Assembly: GCA_002794465.1 (NCBI GenBank)
Contig: MTSL01000181.1
Span: 1,113 to 17,910, forward strand
From: Paramicrosporidium saccamoebae KSL3
Taxonomy: Eukaryota > Fungi > Cryptomycota
DNA: 16,798 nt
Direction: 5' to 3'
Shown here: positions 1 to 7,305 of the stretch, piece by piece
How positions within the stretch are numbered: the stretch's first letter is position 1
Layout of the letters: each line of letters starts with the position of its first letter
Translations under genes and position numbers: made by a program
The notes under the pieces: generated by a model
The model's database searches: none
The model's input: only the letters and a program-made list of their open reading frames with translations
What the model was told of the DNA's origin: nothing

Positions 1-438
1 TCCTCGTGACCCGAGCCCTCTCTACTTCCACATAAATCTTTCCTTCTGTAACGTTGCGCACAGTCTCTATAAGCTTCATGCGAAGACTGGCATCAGCGAC
101 GGTGGGAATCCATTCGAGGCACTTTTGTACCATGCTCGCTACCGCTTGCTTCAGGATACTTCTCTTCTTGGACATGGTAACAACTACAGTATCAAGCTCG
201 TCAAAATCCCCAGCTCTGAAGCAAAGGGTAGCCATTTGCACGAGCACCTTTGTATTCCCGGCCAAATCTGCAGACATACGAGTGCTCTTTTCTACCGGTA
301 GAAGAGACTCAATAGCATCTTTAAGTTTCCCAGCCTAAATATGTCAGTTAGCCAAGTCAATAGTACCTTTGCGAGTGTCTCGCTCTGTTCAATGCTAGAG
401 TCAATGAGAGCCGGAGGGACTTGATTGTCTACGTCCAT
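1..438 (-). CDS. RPN5: 26S proteasome lid subunit Rpn5/PSMD12, 5' part (runs off the window start)
   Basis: Exons 438-367 and 334-<1; 32-nt intron 366-335 (GTACTA...GCTAAC...TTTAG). Spliced: MDVDNQVPPALIDSSIEQSETLAK/AGKLKDAIESLLPVEKSTRMSADLAG...SKKRSILKQAV...IETVRNVTEGKIYVEVERARVT. The VTEGKIYVEVERAR and KKRxxLKQAV motifs are diagnostic of Rpn5. Confidence 0.93.
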
Positions 439-508
439 CAGAGTGCAAGTAAAGACTAAATCATTATAGGCTTTAATGGTCAAAGTAAGTAAAGGCGAAA
501 ATAATGGG

Positions 509-571
509 ATCTTTGAACCCTAAATATACCTATGAGATGCGTATGAATGTCTTTATTCCTAGTTCAAAGAT
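509..571. repeat. Perfect 10-bp inverted repeat (ATCTTTGAAC / GTTCAAAGAT) with 43-nt spacer
   Basis: Arms at 509-518 and 562-571, read directly. A third GTTCAAAG copy lies at 677-684. Confidence 0.8.
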
Positions 572-678
572 AAGATACGATTACATGTGACGTGGTGTAA
601 TGTGAGGCACTCTTTCGCAATGGGTACAATGCCACGACTCCATGTTAACCCACAGAATCAAACTATACTTTTATCCGT

Positions 679-718
679 TCAAAGGTCTATATATTCATGT
701 CTACTCAAAGGTCTATAT
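679..718. repeat. 14-nt direct repeat TCAAAGGTCTATAT, period 26 nt, duplicating the QTRT1 stop region
   Basis: Copies at 679-692 and 705-718, read directly. Confidence 0.85.
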
Positions 719-1904
719 TTACTGTCAAAAGGGCCTCCACAACCCACTTTGGATATGTCTTAATATCAAGAGATCCATACCAGGCACCTAGGAATTCACG
801 GACAAACTCGGGAAATTGGCCATCAATGATGGCTTGGCGTGCATTCCTCATTAGATTTAGCTGAAACGAAATGTTGTGGATTGTTAACAAGTGGCATCCA
901 ACAGTTTCCTTGGCGGCAACAGAGTGGAGAAAGGCTCTCGTGTAGGTTTTGCACGTTAAACAGGAACAGTCGGCATCAATGGGCCGGTAATCGTCGCGAT
1001 ATTTTGCTTGCTTCAATTGCATATTTCCGCTACGGGTAAGCGCAGTGCCAAATCTGGCAGTTCTGGTGGGATACACACAGTCAAACATGTCAACCCCGAG
1101 TGCAACACAGACGATTAAATCAACGGCGTACCCCACTCCCATGCAATAAATGGGACGATCCTTCGGAAGCCTCTCAGTGCAGTGCAGTACAACTCGCCAA
1201 AATGTATCCTTATCCTCGCCGCCCGATAGACCGCCGATCGCATATCCGGGAAGATCTCGGTCCACCAAAGCTTTGATACATCTCGATCGAAGTTCTAAAT
1301 CGGTGCCGCCCTGAACAATCGGGAACAGATTCTGCTCATTAGGGCGTGAATGGGCGGCAATGCAGCGGTCAAGCCAGCGGATGGTCCTTTCCATCGCTTC
1401 CTCCACTCGAGCTCTAGTTGTAAGAGTGGCGACGACGTCGTCCAACTGCATGATTATGTCGGCGCCAATGGCATTTTGAAGCTCTATAGATTTTTCGGGA
1501 GTGAGAAGCATTTCGCTGCCATCTCGAGGTGACTGGAATAGGACACCCTCTTCGGTAATCTTTGCCAATTTCAACAGTGACACCATTTGAAAGCCACCGC
1601 TATCTGTCAACAATGCACGATCCCATCCAATAAATTTGTGTAAGCCTCCCACTTTGTTCAGCAACTCTTCCCCAGGTCTGAGTCCGAGGTGATATGTATT
1701 TCCCAGCATTATTTGACAGTTTAAATCGCAAAGCTGTTGACAGGCCAGCCCTTTCATAGTCCCTTGCGTTCCGACCGGCATAAAAACGGGCGCATCAACA
1801 GACTGATGTGGCAGATGAATACAAGATGCACGTGCCCTGCTTGTTGCACACTCGGCAAGAATTTCAAATCTGAGGGCCTTGTGAAGAGCAGTCGTCTTGC
1901 TCAT
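705..1904 (-). CDS. QTRT1: Queuine tRNA-ribosyltransferase catalytic subunit (eukaryotic TGT)
   Basis: Single exon; first ATG at 1904 (the track start at 1931 is TTG); 399 aa. Motifs [60 protein letters not shown] and the Zn site CSCLTC...H. Confidence 0.97.
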   Translation of the reverse strand: MSKTTALHKALRFEILAECATSRARASCIHLPHQSVDAPVFMPVGTQGTMKGLACQQLCDLNCQIMLGNTYHLGLRPGEELLNKVGGLHKFIGWDRALLTDSGGFQMVSLLKLAKITEEGVLFQSPRDGSEMLLTPEKSIELQNAIGADIIMQLDDVVATLTTRARVEEAMERTIRWLDRCIAAHSRPNEQNLFPIVQGGTDLELRSRCIKALVDRDLPGYAIGGLSGGEDKDTFWRVVLHCTERLPKDRPIYCMGVGYAVDLIVCVALGVDMFDCVYPTRTARFGTALTRSGNMQLKQAKYRDDYRPIDADCSCLTCKTYTRAFLHSVAAKETVGCHLLTIHNISFQLNLMRNARQAIIDGQFPEFVREFLGAWYGSLDIKTYPKWVVEALLTVNIDL

Positions 1905-1981
1905 AGTAGCGCAGTGGAGGACCCTGGCCAAGTAACGTGGTCAGGGAGTCTCTTTCGTAATTATCCATCTCTGCAGCACAC
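1905..1981. promoter_or_regulatory. Putative bidirectional promoter QTRT1/TFA2 (77 nt) with inverted repeat
   Basis: Lies between divergent ATGs at 1904(-) and 1982(+). Contains CCCTGGCCA-(7 nt)-TGGTCAGGG at 1922-1946. Function is inferred from position. Confidence 0.6.
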
Positions 1982-2800
1982 ATGAACCCTCATTTACAAC
2001 AACAGCAGGAAGCTTTTAAGAAAAACTTGCAGAAACAGCAGGAGCTTATTAGGAGTTCTGTCTCTCGACCAGACCCTCCGCCATCACCGACGCCCTCCGC
2101 TGCCTCATCTGTTATAAGTAACAGACCGCTAAATTCAATTGTACATGCCATTATCACATATTTAAAGGTATCTTGTATTTCAGCATCGCATAAACTGTAG
2201 GAAATCAATCGTCCAGCATCCCTTCAGGAACTCTATGAAAGGCTCGGGCTTAATCTGACCACACAGCCCGACCTCTTGGAAAAGGTCTGTAGAAATGACC
2301 GCATTTTCTATAGCAACAATACACTTCGATACGAGCCTGCTTTTGCTATTCGAAGTAAAGAAGATATCATTGAAGCTCTTAGGAAAAGGAACGATATGAC
2401 TGGGATTGATTTGGCCGAACTAAAAGAAGCCTATCCAAAGATTGAAGAGGCCTGTATCGATCTTGCCAAGCGTAAGGAAATTTTTTTGATTAGACCCAGA
2501 GAAGATGGCCCAAAGGTGATATTTCTAAATGAATTCAAAGTAGAGAATGTTGTCGATGCAGACTTTCGTCACCTCTGGAGTCAAGTCGCCGTTCCTTCAG
2601 ACGATTTTGAATTACGAGAGTCTCTGGAGAAGGCCGGCATGAAGGCCTGTAGCCAGACAACGGGGATGTCTCTTGCCACGACAAAGCCCCGTGACTCCAA
2701 AAAGAAGACAACTGCTAAGCGTCCATTCCGGAGGATAAAAATTACAAATGATTATTTGGAAGGAATCGATTTATCAATAGATCCTGATACAAATAAATAG
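1982..2800 (+). CDS. TFA2: Transcription initiation factor IIE subunit beta
   Basis: Exons 1982-2167 and 2201-2800; 33-nt intron 2168-2200; 261 aa. The join AIITYLK/EINRPASLQEL, plus LEKVCRNDRI, YEPAFAIRSKEDI, GIDLAELKEAYP, FRHLWSQVAVP and C-terminal IKITNDYL, matches the TFIIE-beta pattern. Confidence 0.9.
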
Positions 2801-2801
2801 C

Positions 2802-4169
2802 TCAATGACTGATTGCTCCGGGATTAAATTTTGGGAATGTAATTGTCACAGACAGAGCAACTTCATCATCACTTTGCGGCAAGTCGTCTGAAGAAAAGGA
2901 TCTGGACATATTTCCGACACGTATTGACTTGCAGACCTGTTCCAGATGTCCCAGTCGCTTACTACATGTAAAAATGGCAGCAATAGTGTGCATACATGTG
3001 AGATCGCTGGTATTTGTTTACAAATTTCGATTGAAGTCGCTTCAATTTGGTCGTAAATTTTGATAGATCCTGCGATATTATTCCACTAATGTCATCAAGC
3101 GCGGGACAAAGAAAGTCATCGATGCTGTCTCTCGCCGATGGTACGATACCATTGCTGATCTCCTTTACCTCACTTTGGTTCATGATTGGAAGGCGTTGTT
3201 CTTCCGTCTCATTCAAAAACACATCGGGTCGATGTTTTTGACTAATAATGCATGACGAAGAAGAGCGTGAAAGGGGTGGAGGAGACGACTCACGGATCAA
3301 TGCATCTGCCAAATTGTCTGCCTCAGGAACCTTGACTGGGCCAGAAGAATTGCCAAGGAGGATTCCATTTGTCACAGACGTCCGTCCTATTTTTGGTACT
3401 TTGCGTTTCAAAGCCGACAGGGCGGTGGACAAAGACTCAAACGAGCCAAGCTCTACTTCCAGGAATACGTTTCGATCCGGTCCCTCTAACCCAAGTTGCG
3501 TTCGATTTAACACGCTCAAATTGTGAATTGAGCCGTATGTAATGTCGAGAACAAAAGGCTCGTCGTCATCTGGTCCCTTAAAGTAAGTGGTTAGTGGTAC
3601 TACTCTTACCCTTAGATTGATACTCACAGATTCACTGTTAACGTCAATCCAGAGACCACCGGCAATGCAGTTGTCAGAGTATTCTGTGTTGTTAAAGTGC
3701 ACACCAGCAGCCTTGATCGACGTGACTCTACAGCTTAAAAAGTGGAAAAGGGTGAACATTGCGCCTGCTTGCCTGTTGATTGTATTAAGATATTCGCGGA
3801 TATGCAGTGTATCCAATGGAGACACGATGATAGAAGCGACTCTGTCGTCTTCGGGTATGACATTAAGTTTAATACTTCGGGCAATCCTCGCAAGTCGACC
3901 CAGAATTGTCATCACTTGGCTCTGCAATTCATAGTCTCCAAGCTCTAATAGCTTATCTGCGAGGTTTCTACAACATAAGCATCAAAAAGATTCTACATTG
4001 TGTTCCAGATGTTTTCATTAGCCCAGTGGCAAACCTCGAGGGCCTCCTTTGTTTTGGTAGCAGAAATCTTGACAAGCGCGGCTTGCGCAGCGTCCTTTCT
4101 CTTTTCAAGCTCACCACCGCTGATAACACTGCTCCAGAGGATCTGAAAACTCGAGGATGCTGCCGACAT
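2802..4169 (-). CDS. Putative meiotic chromosome axis-core protein (SYCP2/Rec10/Red1-like), 434 aa
   Basis: Exons 4169-3997, 3967-2996 and 2961-2802; introns 3996-3968 (29 nt) and 2995-2962 (34 nt) keep the frame. LGDYELQSQVMTILGRL, IREYLNTINRQAG..FTLFHFLS, LWIDVNSESVS and RTSVTNGILLGNSSGPVKVPE resemble recalled SYCP2 N-terminal motifs; helical C-terminus. The gene model is solid; the family call is from memory. Confidence 0.7.
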
Positions 4170-4247
4170 AACTAAAGAGCGAGGGATTCATGCCCATTTT
4201 AAATATTACACATAGTATGGCAACTTTATTCTCAAAAAGGAGATTTC

Positions 4248-4710
4248 TCAAAGCATAATAATTTCAATCTAAACTGGTCAATCTGACGAGCATGGCAAAA
4301 TACATGTAACATGGCGGTCTCTTGTAGACTACATACGTGAAGACCGGCTGGGTGGTAAACTTGAGTGTTTTGCAAAGTTATGAATTTGTCGGCCTTCTCT
4401 AGGCACTCGGCCAATTTGCAGGGGGAAATCCAGTTCAGCAGCCCAAAGGTAAGCATATTGGCAATAACGAACATTAACTCTCTTTCGTGCCGATTTTTGA
4501 AAATGCTATTCACTTCGCCTATGGTCTTCAAAACCAAAGTCTTGTCTATCTTCACAGCACAGATGAAATACAACGGAATAGCGATTGTACCTTGTTTTGA
4601 ATCCTTAACGGACATTCTTCTATGAACCTTATCTCCTCGGGCTGTGTGTAGTCTCTCTCTATGAGCACTTTGTTTACCCCATCGTTGGGAGGAGAGTTGA
4701 TTTGGCTCAT
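4248..4710 (-). CDS. ERF4: Erf4/Golgin-A7 family palmitoyltransferase accessory subunit
   Basis: Exons 4710-4591, 4549-4304 and 4268-4248; introns of 41 and 35 nt; 128 aa. Spliced: LIERDYTQPEEIRFIEECPLRIQNK/IDKTLVLKTIGEVNSIF...FITLQNTQVYHPAGLHV...AMLH/IEIIML, fitting the ERDY..RF..P..TI..IN and N..Y.P.GL..IEI pattern. Confidence 0.82.
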
Positions 4711-4742
4711 CCAGTCAACACACTTCCAGGGGGAGCTCCAAA
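4711..4742. promoter_or_regulatory. Putative bidirectional promoter ERF4/DPH4 (32 nt)
   Basis: Lies between divergent ATGs at 4710(-) and 4743(+); contains CCAGGGGG. Confidence 0.55.
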
Positions 4743-5235
4743 ATGCGGACGCTCTATGAAGTGTTAAGTGTTAATTCGTCTTGCTCCACAGAAGAAGTTA
4801 GAAAGAGCTACCTAAGACTGGCCTTGTTGCATCATCCTGATAAGACGCACAGCCCAGCGTCCTCATCAACCCTAATACAGGCTCGCCATGCTTATGAAGT
4901 CTTAATGGACGCTGAAAGGAGGGCAGAATATGACAAAAAGGTTCGAGGTACATTTAGGAGCGGATACGCCTGACTGATGGTAGATGAATTGACATGGCGA
5001 GGCCAATGTGAGCTCATTTGTATGGAAGACATGTATATCAAAGGTACCTTTGATCAATCTTTTGTGATCCACAGATTCTGAGGTTCGCTCTGTTTGTCGG
5101 TGTGGTTCGGAAATTGGATTATCGTTGGCTGATCTGATTGCCGGATTTTCCAGGATTCAGTGTTCGTGCTGTTCTTTACGTATAGAATTTCAGTGTTCAT
5201 ATGACGAAATTTATAAACTTCAAAACGTTGGTTAA
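4743..5235 (+). CDS. DPH4: Diphthamide biosynthesis protein 4 (J-domain + CSL zinc finger; DNAJC24/Jjj3)
   Basis: Exons 4743-4947, 4984-5043 and 5075-5235; introns of 36 and 31 nt; 141 aa. J-domain with HHPDK, followed by CRCG...CSCCSL. Confidence 0.92.
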
Positions 5236-5267
5236 TTGAAATCAGCGTCCATGGCAAGGGTATCTAA

Positions 5268-5885
5268 ATGTCTTTCTTTCATGAGCCTCCCCATAGCAGT
5301 ACGGCTGTTGGTCCATCAGAGTCCATTGAAAAAGACGCCCACGAGGCTGATACTAGCGACGCAACACAATGTCGCTGGGCAGGATGTTCCGAGTCCTTCT
5401 CTTCAACGGACCTTCTTGGAAGGCACCTGAATGACGACCATGTTGGCAAGAAACAATCGAGCTATATCTGTGAATGGGAGGCATGCCTTAGAGGACGAGA
5501 GCCTTTGCCAAATAGGTTTGCCATAATCGCCCATCTCAGGAGACACACTGGTGAGCGGCCCTATAAATGTGACTCTTGCTCAAAAAGCTTTTCTCGGTCA
5601 GATGCTCTAAATAAGCACATCAAGGCACAGCATTTTACAGGTGAAAACCCGGCAAGTCACCCGGGCATCATTTCAGTTGGGCGCACACGGGAAAAAGTAG
5701 AATCTGTGACTCCAAGCAGTCCATCGAGCAAATTGCACGGCTTGAGGCAATACTTGGATATTGTAGAGTCGGAAAGGGAATCCCTTCAAGCCGATTTGCA
5801 CAATGTACGTACCAGAGTTAAGCGGCTGAGGGCTGAAAAAATTGTGATTCTCGACTATATTCTAACTAAAAAATACCCTTCCTGA
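5268..5885 (+). CDS. Gli/PacC-type triple C2H2 zinc-finger protein with C-terminal coiled coil; resembles INO80 subunit Iec1
   Basis: Single ORF, 205 aa: CRWAGC..H..H, CEWEAC..HLRRHTGERPYKCDSC..HIKAQH, then LRQYLDIVESERESL...KRLRAEKIVILDYIL. The architecture matches recalled S. pombe Iec1-like proteins; orthology is unproven. Confidence 0.8.
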   Translation: MSFFHEPPHSSTAVGPSESIEKDAHEADTSDATQCRWAGCSESFSSTDLLGRHLNDDHVGKKQSSYICEWEACLRGREPLPNRFAIIAHLRRHTGERPYKCDSCSKSFSRSDALNKHIKAQHFTGENPASHPGIISVGRTREKVESVTPSSPSSKLHGLRQYLDIVESERESLQADLHNVRTRVKRLRAEKIVILDYILTKKYPS

Positions 5886-5934
5886 TAAACAGGTTTATTT
5901 GTAAGAGAACGTCAGGTTCGCATCAAAGGGGCTA

Positions 5935-6620
5935 CTACTGGTAAATAGACTCCTCCAAAGACTTGTTAAGCGAAGCAACACGAGTAGCAACGCTAAGATC
6001 AATCGTTTTATCTCCAACCTCCACTAAAAGCCCCCCCATGATTTTCGGGTCGACAATCACATTAACTTTTGGCACCTGCCCTTCTTGGAGAAAACGAGAG
6101 ATTACACTCTTCTTGACAGATTCGATAGTCTCCCGATCCAATTCTGCCGCAGAGGTGATCTTGACAGCAACCTCTCGCCTGTGGGCGCGCATAATTTCTT
6201 CAAAACTCTCAATTATCGGTAGAGTCTGTGCAAGCCTGCCATTTTCGGATACAGTGCGGAAAAAGTTGACCACGATTTCAGAGTAGTTCTGCTTGCTCAG
6301 CATGGAAAGCACAGTAGCGCTCTTTTGATCGCGACGGCAGGAGGGGTCTTTAAGAAAGATTTGCAGCTCAGGTGACTTGGTGATGGCAGCTTTTACTTTT
6401 GTCATCTCGCCTTCCACTGTGCTTAAATTCCCTTTTTTCATACACGCACTATACAGGGCAGTTGCATATCTTCCTTCAAGACTAAACACTTTCAGGGGGA
6501 CCTAAAACCAATAAGAGGCAATGATTGCAAAATTTCAACTGTTCCATTAGAGATACTTGCAAAGGTTCGGCGCTAAAAGTAAGTCGTTTGCACACGCAGA
6601 TTGTAAAGTACCGCAATCAT
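5935..6620 (-). CDS. ATP5: Mitochondrial ATP synthase OSCP (subunit 5 / ATP5PO)
   Basis: Exons 6620-6612, 6572-6540 and 6501-5935; introns of 39 and 38 nt; 202 aa. MIA/RRTFASISNGT/VPLKVFSLEGRYATALYSA...NFFRTVSENGRL...VDPKIMGGLLVEVGDKTIDLSV. Confidence 0.95.
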
Positions 6621-6661
6621 AGCGCAATTGAACTCCGGCACCCCTGCCGCGTCTCCGTCGC
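6621..6661. promoter_or_regulatory. Putative bidirectional promoter ATP5/SNX3 (41 nt)
   Basis: Lies between divergent ATGs at 6620(-) and 6662(+); GC-rich, with CCCCTG (CAGGGG on the minus strand). Confidence 0.55.
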
Positions 6662-7149
6662 ATGAACACCACATCTGAGAATGAGGCTTCTGTCGTAGAG
6701 GACTTGTATGCATGCCCAGAGAATATTATGACAGTGCATGTCTCAAATCCAATCACCCATCGTGGAGAATCTGACCCCTATACCGACTATGAAATTTATT
6801 GCAAAGTATTTGGCTATTATGCATGCTTTCTTACATCTCAGACGAGCCTACCGCTATTTAAAAAGCACGAATCCTCTGTTCGTCGAAGGTATTGCGAATT
6901 TCTGCAATTGCGCGAAGTCCTGATTGCTGAAAATCCTGGTGTAAGGATTCCCGACCTGCCGTCGAGAAGGATTTTTGGCAACAGATTCAGTGATGCTGTA
7001 ATCGAGGAACGACGGGTTGGATTTCAAAAGTTTTTACAAACGTAGGCATAATTATTGTTTCACCCTTTAGAGTTTGTACTCATCCCATTATACAAAACGG
7101 CCCGTCTGCCAGACTCGTAATCTCTTTTTTGCAAGATCCCACCCATTAA
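6662..7149 (+). CDS. SNX3: Sorting nexin-3 (PX-domain only, Snx3/Grd19)
   Basis: Exons 6662-6805, 6842-7041 and 7071-7149; introns of 36 and 29 nt; 140 aa. YACPEN..V.NP.TH, YTDYEIYCK/TSLPLFK...VRRRYCEF, IPDLP, NRFSDAVIEERRVG, VCTHPIIQNG. Confidence 0.93.
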
Positions 7150-7218
7150 TCACAGACTGATTAGGATCTGCTAGCGCTTCGGTGCGCAATCCTACGGCGG
7201 CAAACATATCTTCTGTGA
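7150..7218 (+). other. Structured element: C(UUCG)G-capped hairpin inside a 7-bp closing stem; candidate ncRNA or 3'UTR element
   Basis: TAGGAT(7162-67)/ATCCTA(7189-94), TGC/GCA and GCGC/GTGC around the TTCG loop (7178-81); outer TCACAGA(7150-56)/TCTGTGA(7212-18). No known RNA family recognised. Confidence 0.5.
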
Positions 7219-7305
7219 AAATTAATTCTGCACATAAACATGAATACAGTCAACTCCGTTATTGCTACGTTTGAAAAATTGCACATAGCTAATTGTATAA
7301 CTCTA

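Noticed and set aside
54-338. Plus-strand 94-aa ORF
   Set aside because: Antisense shadow of RPN5 exon 2.
292-483. Minus-strand ORF MTIKAYNDL...
   Set aside because: RPN5 exon 1 read from a non-ATG start through the intron into the wrong frame.
587-660. tRNA-like or SRP-Alu-like start (TGGTGTAATGTG A-box-like; GTGT/GCAC D-stem-like; UGUAA)
   Set aside because: No anticodon stem, T-arm or valid B-box, and no SRP helix-8 motif or room for a full SRP RNA.
3047-4175. Plus-strand ORFs of 64-115 aa
   Set aside because: Antisense to the axis-protein CDS, with no recognisable motifs.
7162-7194. Hairpin as SECIS, U1 SL4 or U5 loop
   Set aside because: No AUGA/GA quartet or in-frame UGA in the flanking genes, no adjacent Sm site on the + strand, and no GCCUUUUAC loop.
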